A stretch of 64,000 nucleotides of DNA from Takakia lepidozioides (Eukaryota > Plantae > Bryophyta): contig CM060732.1 in NCBI GenBank assembly GCA_030704615.1, positions 69,750,001-69,814,000 of the forward strand. Direction: 5' to 3'. A program made the position numbers and the translations under genes. Below are positions 50,448 to 63,101 of this stretch, one piece after another; positions within the stretch are counted from its first letter, which is position 1, and each line of letters starts with the position of its first letter. A model generated the notes under the pieces. It made no database searches and was not told where the DNA came from. It was given only the letters and a program-made list of their open reading frames with translations.

Positions 50448-50787
50448 GACGAGCGGAGCTGGTGGGATAGGGACAGACATGGACTCAAGACCTAGAATCG
50501 GGGCATGAAGGTGTGCACGATGGTGGGACAACCGCGATCGCAAGGTGTGGCTTTTTCTCAATGTACAATGACGAGCGAAGCTGGTGGGATAGGGGGCAGA
50601 CAGGGACTCAAGACCTAGAATCGGGGCATGAAGGCGTGCACGATGATGGGACAACCGCGATCGCAAGGTGTGGCTTTTCTCAATGTACAATGACGAGCGG
50701 AGTTGGTGGGATAGGGGGCAGACAGGGACTCAAGCCCTAGAATCGGGGCATGAAGGCATGCACGATGGTGGGACAACCGCGATCGCG
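50448..50787. repeat. 122-bp tandem repeat, ~2.8 copies
   Basis: gacgagcg.ag.tggtgggataggg... at 50448, 50570, 50692. Confidence 0.92.
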
Positions 50788-52050
50788 GGTTTGATACTCA
50801 TGGGAGAAGGAACAACATTCTGAATTACAGTAGGAGGTCATGAAAGTGCTTGAGTGCTATGGAATGGGTGTCTCTGCTGGTGAAGTGTTGCTGGTGTACT
50901 GCCTTTAGATGTTGCTCATGCCAGCGGTACAATCATTAAAGTAGGGGATGTCTTGTGTGAAGAGATGGTGAAAGGATTGTTGAACATCTGCTGAACTTAG
51001 TTGGAAGGAGGACACAAATGAAGGATAGTGGGGAAGAATGCCAATGACATATGAAGAGGGCAATGTACCTACTATGGGGGTAGGCTGTAGCTTTTCTGAA
51101 AGAAGATATCAGGTGGCATGCATTTGTTCCCTACTGCTTGTATCAATTAGCTTAGGAACATTCATAGACTGAGATCTACAATCAGTGGGGCATAAGGGTC
51201 TTTCAAATAGTTAAAATGCAGTTTTAAGGAGGAGTTAAAAGTGGGGGCTCTGTGATATCATGCCCTCTTCATGCAAAGGGAAAGAGAAGAGAAATCTGAA
51301 ATAGAGAAGCTAGGGTTTTGCATTTTCATTTAAGTAGATGTGAATGATGTCAAAACACCATGCATCAGTGTACAATCCATGGGCAGGATATGAAGGGGTA
51401 GCAATGTCATGCCAAAGGGGATCTGTTTCTTAGATAGCTGTAGTATTAATAAAGAAGGAAAAGAAAAGCTCATGTGTAGAAACTAGGGCCTTTGCATTCT
51501 GGTTTACAGTAGAAAAGTGGCACACATATTTCTGCACCACTTACCTAGTCCAAGTATGGGCCAGTGGGGTATCTCTGATATGTTTACACTGTGGATAGGA
51601 TCTGAATCTGTATAAGGATCAGAATGTACACCCTGTGATTTTCCAATGATGACATCTGTAGGGAAGAAGAACCCTGGCATATATGATGATGTTCACTAAA
51701 GAGACCCAATAACAATTTAGATAACCTCAACCCTGTCCATGTCTTCTCTTCCGTTGCGGCGTGGATAAGGGTATAAAGTCTCTGGTCATAAATAGATTTA
51801 GAATGAATTAAGTAGGGTCTGAGTCATTTTAGAAAGAGCAAGTAGGTTGATGTCATAGGGGGGCCATGGATCACTGCTCAAGAAACAGTTAACTATAGTT
51901 TACCAGAAGGGTTTCATGCCCCTTCTTTTTCACACTACAGTGTGGCTTTTCCTTAATGTAGGATGTGAAGAAGTTTGTCCATCCTGCAAATGTGGGCTTT
52001 TGGCTCCTGTTAGTACGGTATTCTTCCTGATGTTTTTCAGGCCCTCTTTT

Positions 52051-52558
52051 GCCTGTTTTGCCCTCTTATCAGACTCGGGCCTGATATGCATATTGAATTC
52101 TGTAAGTTAGCTCGTTGGTGCAAGAGAGAGAGTCAGCTTGGTCTTAGCAGGCCGTGAGGGCACCTTCTTCTTCAACCTATTTCAGCCTGTTTTGCCCTCT
52201 TATCAAACTCAGGCCTAATATGCATATTGAATTCCGTTAAGTTAGCTCATTGGTGCAAGAGAGAGAGTCAGGTTGGTCTTAGCAGGCCGTGAGGGCACCT
52301 TCTTCTTCAACCTATTTCAGCCTGTTTTGCCCTCTTATCAGACTCGGGCCTGATATGCATATTGAATTCTGTAAGTTAGCTTGTTGGTGCTAGAGAGAGA
52401 GTCAGGTTGGTCTTAGCAGGCCGTGAGGGCACCTTCTTCTTCAACCTATTTCAGCCTGTTTTGCCCTCTTTTCAGACTCGGGCCTGATATGCATATTGAA
52501 ATCTGTAAGTTAGATCGTTGGTGCAAGAGAGAGAGTCAGCTTGGTCTTAGCAGGCCGT
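52051..52558. repeat. 134-bp tandem repeat, ~3.8 copies
   Basis: gcctgttttgccctctt.tca.actc.ggcct.atatgcatattgaa... at 52051, 52185, 52320, 52454; scattered partial copies at ~52740, 53178, 53527. Confidence 0.92.
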
Positions 52559-53234
52559 GCCTTGTTCAAAGCTGGAATTGTACCTATGTCATTTTGAACA
52601 CTGCCTGGCAGCTCTGGAAAAGGGAAACGAGGTCGACATGTTTGCAAAATGAAGGCCTTGCTTGGTGCCTGCAGAATCCATGGCAATGTGGAGATGGCTG
52701 AACGTGCGGCATGAAGGTGTATTCTTCAACACATTTCACCCTGTTTTTTCCCTGTTACCAGAGTAGTCCCTAAATTTTCATGTAGAATTCTGCAAGTTAG
52801 CTCATTTGTGATGTGAGGTTGCATGAGTTTTATACCGATCCTTCACGATGGTGGGACAACCGCAATCACCAGGTGTGGCTTTTCTTAATGTACGATGTGA
52901 AGAAGTTCGTCCATCCTGCAAAGGTGGGCTCTTTGTACCTGTGAGTACCATGATTTGGTATTCTTCCTAATGTTTACAAGGTTACTGGGAGAGTCAGCTT
53001 GCAGGTCTTAGCTGGCCGTGTTTCAATCTCTCCCTGCTCAGCTGGCCGTGGTGGTTCTCATAGACCAATCCGACATTACCTGACTACAGACAAACAACAC
53101 GCACAAGAGGTCATTTTGGGTTGATGGTCGGTCAAATCCTCCATGGGTCAAGGACAATGTGGTGAGGGCACGTTTCAGCCTGTTTTGCCCTCTCATCAGA
53201 CTTGGCCCTGAGATGCATGTTGAATTCTGCATGG

Positions 53235-54060
53235 GTGATAAGTAGGGTTGGGTGTTTGCTGGAACAATTGTAGGCGGTCATTGTCAGCCGCTAGCAGCAA
53301 GGGAAGGATGTATGCATGATTTTTGTAGAGCTTGGATAGCTGAGGGAGCAGGGGTAGAGTCTGGCCGGTCCAGATTCATCCAAGAGGGCGGGATTTCAAG
53401 CTCACGATTACCTATAATTCCCTGTGGATCAATAGCTGCAATAAACCTGCATGGGTAGATGGTCAACTGGAAGCCGCAATAGCAGCGGCACTGCTAATGA
53501 AGGCACCTTCTTCAATACATTTTCATCCTGTTTTCCTCTTTATCATAATTGGCCCTAAATTTTCATGTTGAATTTTGCAAGTTAGTTGGTTGAGTGAACC
53601 TTTGATAGTTTGGAGTGACTTTGACATGGTACTGCCAATGTGACAACAAGGAAGTATCCAGTTCTAAACAGGTAATAGCTGAGACGAGGAGAAACTGTGG
53701 AATGAATACTTTTCTGACCCCAGTCAATGGTGGGACAATCGAGGCAAAAAGGTGAATGCCTGTTGGATTACAGAGAGTAGCAGATGCAATTGACCATAGT
53801 GATAAGTTGAGTTGGGTGTTCCCTAGAACAAATCTAGGCTGTCATTGTCAGGTGCTAGCAGCAAAGCAAGGCTGTATGCATGATTTGTGCAGCGGCATGT
53901 ATAGCTAAAGGAGCAGGGATAGAGTTTGGGTCCAGATTCATCCAAGAGGGCCGGACTTCAAGCTCCAGATTACCTATGATTCCATGTGGATCAATAGCTA
54001 CAAGAAGCCTGCTGCATGGCTAGATGGTCAACTAAAGGTAGCAGCTGCAGCGGCACAGTT
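53235..54060. repeat. Diverged ~260-bp direct repeat (about 53235-53495 and 53800-54060)
   Basis: Shared gtgataagt..gttgggtgtt...gtccagattcatccaagaggg...tggatcaatagct...gatggtcaact. Confidence 0.8.
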
Positions 54061-54109
54061 GATAAAATCAGGCACCTCAACCATGACCACAGCTTCTGAA
54101 AGTGGATCA

Positions 54110-54385
54110 AGAGAGGTGGCTGAACGAGATGTGGTCTTTTGGAGTGCCATGATTGCAAGGTATGTGCAGCATGGGTATGGGATTAAGGCTTTGGAAACCT
54201 AGGAGCAAATGATGTGGGATGGGATGAAGCAAGACCAGGTCATGTTCATTTGTTTTTGTAATATGCATATGGGAGCCTAGCAGCCGTGGGAAGGGGCAAA
54301 GAGGTTCATGGTGACATTATCAAAGCTGGAATTGTATGTCATTCTGAACATTCCCCTGGTGTACATCTACACCAAATGTGAGCCT
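54110..54385 (+). pseudogene. Captured PLS-class pentatricopeptide repeat gene fragment
   Basis: ERDVVFWSAMIARYVQHGYGIKALET*EQM..DGMKQDQVMF ... GKEVHGDIIKAG ... LV.IYTKC, recognisable P/L/S motif consensus with stops and frameshifts. Confidence 0.8.
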
Positions 54386-56030
54386 GGTAGCCCTGGCCAG
54401 AGAAGAACATGAAGAGGGCTTACAATTTCGTTCGCCCGGGCGTAGACATTGCTGGCAATGAGAAGAAGGCAGGAAAGCAGTTCAGTGTTCCTAGCATGCA
54501 TGCGGAGACGCGTGTAGAAGTTAGGCTTAGACTTTTCTCATGGCTGGATTTTGTTGACAGTGTTCCAGCACCTACTCTCTGGGATTTTATTTTATTTTGT
54601 GGAGCTTGAATCCCCAATGGTATTTCTTTCACTACAATAGTGGTATGTGTTCCTCTAGTCATGTTCATAATCACTTGCACATCACTGTAATAGAGGTATA
54701 ATTTAAAACTGTGGGAGTAGCCAAATGCACACAATTGCCTACATTACCACTTGTATAGTGGTATAAGTAGTCACATATATATTACTGTACTAGTGGTATG
54801 AATTCCTCCAGTGGTATTCCTAATCACTTACACACCACTCTGTTAGTAATGACTCCCAATCCATAGTTCCCACTCAGAGAGACACCATGAATGACTCAAA
54901 TAGCTTACACACCACTCTGTGGGTAATCATTCCAATGACCCGCTGAGAGACGTCATCCACTCACATAACCACTCTGTGAGTGATATTGTATATTCTCAGT
55001 TTTCATAGAATGACTCTATGAGTCATTTTGTGGTCACTCAACAAGTGGTTTCGGAAGTCATTGAATTTTTCACTCCATCCATTTCGTAGCACTGACACAC
55101 GACACGTGTCCATGCTGAGAGTGTCGCCACGTGTCGATATAATCTCCAATATCATCCACGGACCACCGGCTTACACATCTCCACTACAAAACGGAAGTGG
55201 TTACTTTATGACACGTCAGTTTACCACTGTGACACATCATAAGTGGTTGGTTTACCTCAGTGACACGTCAGCTAACAGGTGGACCCGGATGTGAGTGGTT
55301 CGAACCACTTTCCTTAACCACCGGTGCCACAAAATGTCTTTTACCACTCACTTGTCCTAATGCACTGGTTCTTCATCACTCTGAGGCCAAAGTGGTTTAG
55401 GGTCTTTTACCACTCAAAATGAGTGGTTAACAGAGTAGTTATTCCGCGTTTTTCTTCTAGTGTATGATTCATCAAATATGGCTGTGGCTGGTAGTCTTTC
55501 AAGAAAGAAGGCAGATGCAATGAATATGTTGGAGCAACACATACAGATGTGGTATCAAGAGAATTATCAAAATGAATGTCACAATCTACAAGAAGGTCCA
55601 CAACAACAAGCTAAACCATAAAGAAAAACAAACACCCTACCCCAGTACCATATGAAAATAAATAAATAAAAATAAGAACCCCCAAAGGCCCTAACCCTAA
55701 ACCTAGAAAGCCCTGCCGTCGCTGCCTGCGACCCCCACGTGTCGCAAACTGCGACGCGTTTTCTTGGATTTATGAGGCCGGGGGTCGCAAACGGCAACGG
55801 ACAACTGTCGCCAACTGCGACCTGTTTTTTGAATGGATTTATGAGGCCGGGGGTCGCAAACGGCGACGGCCAGCCGTCGCAAAATGTGACATGTTTTTTT
55901 GTTTTGAAAGAATAGGGCAGCCGGGCAGTTTGCCACGTCCGGCCGTCGCAGGGGCCTTTTGCCCTTCATGCCACCATGCAACGGTCGGGCGTCGCAAGAA
56001 AAGGCTGCAATGAGAGAAAAGGCAAGAAAT

Positions 56031-56064
<34 letters not shown>

Positions 56065-56336
56065 CGGCGTGCAACGATCGGCCGTCGCAGAAAAGGCTGT
56101 CTTCTGCCCTTCGCTAGGGGCGACGCTTGGGCATCGCACGGAAGGGCTGCCATTTTCCCTTCATCACTCCGTGCGACGGCCAGGCATCGCCGCCTGGCCC
56201 CGGCGCCAGGTTTCACTCCCGCGGGGTTTGGCTGCGACGGCCCGGCGTCGCAACTACGCTCCGTGGGGTTGGCGTCGCGCGGGGCGTGGGGGCGCGGCTG
56301 GCGTCGCAAACCCCCCCCCCCCCATTTGTTGTAGTG

Positions 56337-57308
56337 GACATGGAAAAGGCCCACGCCAAACGACGTACGAATCCACTCCCATGGAAGGCAGGGTCCTCGT
56401 CCGCGGATGCGGCATTGAACGTGAGATACATATCCACAAATGCACAGGTACAACAACTCGACGCGCCCAAACAGGAAGGGTATGGTACAATTCGGAGGGT
56501 TAGAATTGTTGGTGATCAATTCATTCCTCCATCTTGGGAGCTAGCAGGGAAAACGCCCAGGGAAACAAATGTTGAGCTTGCCAAAGTCCAACATAACAAT
56601 GAGGCGTTGGCGTTCCATCATTTCGGCATCATAAAGTATTTTGCGTTGCATCCACGTCGAAATGAAGGTTATATACATTGGTGGAATGGGGGGACCATAC
56701 GATCATGGTTGAGTATTGACAGGAAATGGGGGAATGATCGGGATAACATGGAGTTAATGGAACGATGGGGGACGAAGCAGGAAATGCAGGAGGTCAACCG
56801 ACTAATTTGATTCTGACAGAATCGTACCCAATTGACATGGGCGCTTTTGCACATCATGCTCAACGTTCATAATCACCACCTCTTGCACAACGACATGTCC
56901 CCCGAGAACATTTTGTTGCATTTTCCACAAGGGTCTGAAGATGTGTACATCGGAGTATGCGATTGGGGGATGGCCTCCACGACGGATAACCCAAAAACCA
57001 CGTTGTTCATTTTTTAGAGCAGAGACAAGATGATAAAGACTCTCGCACATATATGGTGGATTGTACCTGAAATTGTAATTGTTCATAATGTAGCCAAAAC
57101 TAGTCAGATGTGCCACATCGTAGGCGGTAACACGTTCGATGCAAGCCTGTTCAACGATATGTCTACTGGAACCTGTTTTGCTTCCGCTCTGGAAAACTTG
57201 TGTGTAGACACAGTAGAGTTGCGGTACAAACTAGAAAATGTTGTGAAGCGTTTCATGATGAGGCTATTCAATTGGCCTGAGCCCAAAAAATTGCTGGAGG
57301 ATGGATAG
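56337..57308 (+). pseudogene. Protein kinase-like pseudogene, 5'-truncated by the CACTA end
   Basis: EGYGTIRRV (Gly loop), LAGK (VAIK-like), NEAL, H.GIIK, WWNGGTI, LHNDMSPENILLHF (catalytic loop), IGVCDWGMA (DFG-like), WWIVPE; in-frame stops at ~56808, 56814 and 57015. Confidence 0.8.
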
Positions 57309-57479
57309 AAACTTGTAGACCTCTGACTGTACATCATGTTTGAATAAATGTTGTTTTCAATTGTGTTTGTCTCGTACCATAATGTTTTAATAGTTTGTTA
57401 CTTGGCCATGGCACCTGGGTCCATCATATGGGATAATCAAGCACCACACCCATGAATCTTGAAGAGTGACAGTGTACGT

Positions 57480-60400
57480 AGGGTCAATGGGTGAACCAAT
57501 CGTTCCCCTGCCAAATGATTTTAGATTGATTTGAAACTTTGGGAGTGTGTTGTGCATGCCCTCTTTAAGTTACCGGACAAGTATGAGGTCAATCTAAAAT
57601 GGTTCTAAGGGTGAACCAATAATTCCCATATTAAATAATTCATGATTGAAAATTGGTTGAAAGGTTTAACGAGTCGTTCGGGGGGAATTCATAAGGAGAA
57701 ACAACCTTTCGCCTGCACATGAATTGTTTTTAATTCCATTATGAAGCCATATGCTTGATAACAACATGAAGAGTTGCATGCAAAATATCGCCATGAACAG
57801 AATCCAAAACACATTTTATTCCCTTATTTGCACTCCAAGGTGAAGTTATCTTCAACTTCATGCACTCTTCATAGAGAGTTCTGCAATAGTGAGCATAGAG
57901 CAAAGGATGAACGTTTTTTTCCAAACATTTTTCTTTGGTACATTTTTTGGCAAGGATGTGGTGGTGTGAGGGTTCAACTCACAGAACAAAATCAAGCCAA
58001 AAACAAAATCATTGCGCCCCACAATCCTATGTCCTCTAAATCATTTTATTTAGTAAAAATCCAGTTCAATTCAAAATTTGATGAAAGGGTGAACGGAAAC
58101 TTCCCCGATGAAATGATATTTTATTGCTCCGAAACTTTGCAAATGTCTTCTACATGCCCTCTTACACGTTTTTGAGAAGTATGACATCAATCTAAAATGG
58201 TTTAAAGGGTGAACCAATCGTCCCCCTACCAAATGATTTTAAATTGATTTGAAACTTTGCAAGTGTCTTGTACATGCCCTCTTACAGGTCTTTCACAAGT
58301 TTCAAATCAATCTAAAATGGTTGAAAGGGTGAATCAATCATGAACATATCAAATGATTTTGGAGTGCTTTAAAGCTTTGCAAGTGTCTTTCACATGCCAT
58401 TTTAAAGGTACCGGACAAGTATGAGGTCAATAAAATATGGTTGAAAGGGTGAACCAATTGTTCCCCTATCAAATGATTTTACATTGCTTTGAAGCTTTGC
58501 AAGTGTCAGCCACATGCCCTCCTACAAGTACCGGACAAGTATGACGTGAATAAAAAATGGTTGAAAAGGTGAACCAATCATTCCGCAATCAAATGATTTT
58601 ATATTGCTTTGGATGTCATTGCTTTGGTAATTCTAGCCCCCCAGTGGCCCATTGTAACCCTTGAATTACAATTCAAAATGCAATTCAAGCCCTTAAAATT
58701 GGTAATGCCAGTCCTTAAAATAATCAACCCCGGTCGCCCCTCAAATTGTAATTTGAGCCCTTGAAATTGTCAATTCCAACCCCTCAAATTGCACTTCTAG
58801 CCCCTGAAATGGCAATTCCCGCCCCTCGAATTGCAACTGTAGCCTGTGAAATGGCAATTGCTAGTGTAGCCCCTGAAATTGGAAATTGAAGCCCCTGGAA
58901 TGGCAGTTTCAGCCCCTCAAATTGCAAGTTCAGCCCCTGAAATTGGCTATGGGTGATTCAATCTTCCCCCTGCCAAATGATTTTGGATTCATTTGAAACT
59001 TTGCGAGTGTCTTGTACATGCCTTCTTAAAGATACTGGACAAGTATGATGTCAATGTTAAATGGTTCAAAGGGTGAACCAACAAATCCCCTGTTGGATGA
59101 TTCATGATTAATCGTTAACGATTGATCTCATATTACACTGGGACCTATCAGAGGGTACATTGAACACACTCGCCATCTTTCAAAGCGAACAAAAATCATT
59201 TGGATGGGCAACCATCCGTAGGCCCATTGAACAAATTTCAATTGATCTCATATTACTCTGGGGCCTCTTCCATGGCACATTGATCATACTGGCCAAGTCT
59301 CAAAGCGAACCAAAATCATCTCGATGGCCAACCAACCGTTGAGCCATCGAATGAATTTCGATTGATCTGATATTAGTCCAGGACCTGTGAGAGGGTGTCT
59401 CAAACGTACTGGCAAAGTTTGGAAGCAAACAAAAATGATTTGGATGGGCAACCGTCCGTTCACCCATTGAATGTATTCCGTTGGATCTGCTATTGCTTTT
59501 GGACCTGTTGGACTGTGTTTCGTGTGCTCACGATTTTTTTTCATTCTGTTTTTGAATAGGGCGTGTAATGTAGCCATATGAAACGTGCATGCCAAATTTG
59601 GGAGCGAACATAATTCATTTGGACCCAAAACCACAGTTTCTTCCCTATTTTGCACTCCAAACATGATTTGTGTTCAACTTCATGCACTCTTCATAGAGAG
59701 TTTTGCAATAGTGAGCGAAGAGAACACTTTTTTTTTGGGGCATTTTTTATTGGTCCAGATTTTGGTGGGGGAGTAGTGGTGGGATGCTGCAAGCCGCAAA
59801 ACAAAATCGATACGTGCCAGAAACCCCCAATGAAAGGCAACATTCAATTAAATTGTGGAATAGCTTGAGGGGTGAACGCGTCGATGGGGAGGCAAATGAT
59901 TTATTCGTCTAATGTGTCTCCACGCATGTTCCAGCACATGGGGGCAAAAGAGGGGCTTCAACCACATCCGTTCAATGGGTGCAATAGTTGTGTACGCATT
60001 GCAAGATTTCTTTTTTCGCATTGAACAAAAACACGATGACAAATGAACGCCTCCTTGCACAATCGAACGAATTTCGATTGATCTCGTATTACACTGGGAC
60101 GTATCAGAGGGTACATTGAACACACTGGCCAAGTTTCAAAGCGAACGAAAATCATTTGGATGGGCAACCATCCGTAGGCCCATTGAACAAATTTCGATTG
60201 ATCTCATATTACTTTGGGGCCTCTTCCATGGCACATTGAACATACTGGCCAAGTCTCAAAGCGAACCAAAATCATCTCGATGGCCAACCATCCGTTGAGC
60301 CATCGAATGAATTTCGATTGATCTGATATTAGTCCGGGACCTGTGAGAGGGTGTCTCAAACATACTGGCAAAGTTTGGAAGCAAAAAAAAATGATTTGGA

Positions 60401-62290
60401 TGGACAACCATCCGTTCACCCGTTGAATGTATTCCGTTGGATCTGCTATTGCTTTGGGACATGTTTGGACTGTGTTTTGCGTGCTCACGATTTTTTTTTC
60501 ATTCCGTTTTTAAATAGGGCGTGTAATGTAGCCATATGCAACGTGCGTGCCAAATTTGGGAGCGAACATAATTCATTTGGACCCCAAACCACCGTTTTTT
60601 CCCTATTTTGCACTCCAAACTTAATTTGTGTTCAACTTCATGCACTCTTCATAGAGAGTTCTGCAATAGTGAGCGAAGAGAACACTTTTTTTTGGGGGCA
60701 TTTTTTATTGGTCCAAATTTTGGCGGGGGAGTGGTGGTGGGATGCTGCAAGCCGTAGAACAAAATTGAGCCAAAAACAAAATTGATACGTGCCAGAAACC
60801 CCCAATAAAAGGCAGTGCAAACCTAGTTATTGGCTTAAAATGAATTTAAATTCAATTAAATTGTGGAATAGCTTGAGGGGTGAACGCGTCGATGGGGAGG
60901 CAAATGATTTATTCGTCTAATGTGTCTCCACGCATGTTCCAGCACATGGGGGCAAAAGAGGGGCTTCAACCACATCCGTTCAATGGGTGCAATAGTTGTA
61001 CACGCATTGCAGGATTTCTTTTTTCGCATTGAACAAAAACACGATGACAAATGAACGCCTCCTTGCACAATCGAACGAATTTCGATTGAGCTTGTATTAC
61101 ACTGGGACGTATCAGAGGGTACATTGAACACACTGGCCAAGTTTCAAAGCGAACGAAAATCATTTAGATGGGTAACTATCCGTAGGCCCATTGAACAAAT
61201 TTCGATTGATCTCATATTACTCTGGGACCTCTTCCATGGCACATTGAACATACTGGCCAAGTCTCAAAGCGAACCAAAATCATCTCGATGGCCAACCATC
61301 CGTTGAGCCATCGAATGAATTTCAATTGATCTAATATTAGTCCGGGACCTGTGAGAGGGTGTCTCGAACGTATTGGCAAAGTTTGGAAGCAAACAAAAAG
61401 GATTGTATTCGATTGGCTTAAAATTAATTTAAATTCAATTACATTATGGAATGGCTTGGTGTCGATGGGGGAGGCAAATGATTTATTCGTCTGTTGTGTC
61501 TCCGCACATATGTCGCACACATGTTCAAGCACATGTGGGCAAAAGAGGGGCTTCAACCACATCTGTTCAATGGGTGCAATAGCCGTGCACGCATTGCAGG
61601 ATTTCTTTTCGCAATGAACAAAAACCAGATGACAACTGAACGCCTCATTGGACCATCGAACAAATTTCAATTGATCTCATATTACACTGGGACCTATCAG
61701 AGGGTACATTGAACACACTGGCCAAGTCTCAAAGTGAACGAAAATCATTTGGATGGGCAACCATCCGTTGGGCCATTGAACGAATTTCGATTGATTTCAT
61801 ATTACTCTGGGGCCTCTTCCATGGTACTTTGAATATACTGGCCAAGTCTCAAAGCGAACCGAAATCATTTGGAGGCAAATGATTTATTCATCTGTTCATT
61901 TATTTGTGATTAATCGTTAATGGTGAAAAGGATAAACCAAAGGTTCCTTGATCAAAAAAATTTGAATGATTTGAAATTTTGCGAGTATGTTCTACATGCC
62001 TCTTACATGGACCAGACAAGTATGAGATCAATAAAAAATGGTTCACAGGAGGAACCAATGGTACTTGATGTGCCGACTTTTGAATGATTTCAAACTTTGC
62101 CATTGCATTGTACATGCCCTCTTAAAGGTACCGGACAAGTATGAGTTCGATTTAAAATATTGCAATGGGTGAACCAATGGTATCTTCATTCAACAATTTT
62201 GATTGTTTTGAAACTTTGCCAGTATATTGTACATGCCGTCAAACAGGTACCGAACAAGTATGAGGTCATTCAAAAATGGTTCAAAGGATG
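57480..62290. repeat. Complex satellite-like array of ~120-bp monomers with higher-order ~1-kb duplications and an inverted central block
   Basis: Monomer gggtgaaccaat...ccaaatgatttt...tgaaactttgcaagtgt...catgccctctt...ggacaagtatga at 57488-59090 and 61920-62290; reverse-complement monomers at 59120-61870, with higher-order starts at 59122, 60078, 61086, 61671. Confidence 0.9.
58630..58950. repeat. ~22-bp degenerate tandem repeat (gcccctgaaattggcaatt..)
   Basis: gcccc(t/c).aaa(t)tg.caa(t/g)t reiterated more than 10 times. Confidence 0.8.
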
Positions 62291-63101
62291 AACCTCGTAT
62301 TTCCAAAAATTACGTAGACTATACAGTGGGTTGCACATTAAGTTTTCGCAACCTGAGACCTTTGGCCTACTCCCTACGTTTTCTAGCCTTTCTAGTCATC
62401 TTCATCTAGATTTATTACTTCGTTGTTGTCATCTTCAGTTGTTGATGAAGATGCTCCGGGTGTAGAGGACGTGCCTCCACCAGTACGGAGAGCTCGAGCC
62501 TGGGCTCGAGTGGTCAAAGAGGGACCCAGTGGTGTGTGGTCCACCCTTGCCATCATGCGTAGCGTTCTAGGTGAGTGCTGACTCTCTTCCACATTGCCAG
62601 AGCCGGGTGTGTCGCTCTTGCTACGACGACATGCAATTTTTCAATTAAATCCGATATGTTTGGAAGTGGCAAGAACACCCTGGAATAGGGGCAACTTGGT
62701 CACGCCATGTGTTCTGCCAATACTTTACAACACTCGTGATGGCAGCCTTGAAATTGTCCAACACCTCCTCTTGCTGGGGGTCTCTGCGCAACTCTGGAAG
62801 AAATGACCCTTCATCCCGACAAGGCACCCAGTACGTCTCATTCATATCCTCCCAACGGATGCTAGCGGCCTCCAACTCCCTCAGAAATAGGTCTCTCCCA
62901 ATCGGTTCGCGATTGTATGGGTCGTTTTCCGCTGGCACCTACGGATGCTCAGGCAGTTAGAAGAATCTTTGTCTGGTACAGCTCCAATGCCCTCCCAAGT
63001 TCCGGAAAAAAAACGCCCTTTGGACTGGGTCCCGTATGCCTCTAGCACGCACGGTTATTTCCCAGTTGGATGTCATCCAAAAGGTCACCGGATCTTTAAC
63101 C

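Larger units (their letters stand above)
49361..55462. mobile_element. Nested non-autonomous CACTA (Pack-CACTA-like), 6.1 kb
   Basis: TIRs CACTAGAAGAAAAACGCG(A/G)AATAAC at both ends, 3-bp TSD TAT (49358-49360 and 55463-55465), dense ACCACT/AGTGGT subterminal repeats, no transposase. Confidence 0.95.
41860..56336 (+). mobile_element. Large CACTA (En/Spm) element: right TIR present, left TIR not found; carries a SET-like gene and a transposase and is interrupted by a nested CACTA
   Basis: Right end reverse-complements to CACTACAACAAAT (ends 56336), preceded by GCGAC/GTCGC subterminal repeats. Segment 41930-42200 is an inverted homologue of 55590-55880. Transposase lies inside. Confidence 0.7.

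Noticed and set aside
50448-52558. Regular repeats as a possible CRISPR array
   Set aside because: Whole units are repeated with no unique spacers, there are no cas genes, and the context is eukaryotic TE
55839-56519. 226-aa and 175-aa GC-rich ORFs
   Set aside because: Artefacts of GC-rich CACTA subterminal repeats and the antisense strand of the kinase
59160-61712. Repeated short ORFs in the satellite
   Set aside because: They recur only because the DNA is tandemly duplicated; no protein-like features
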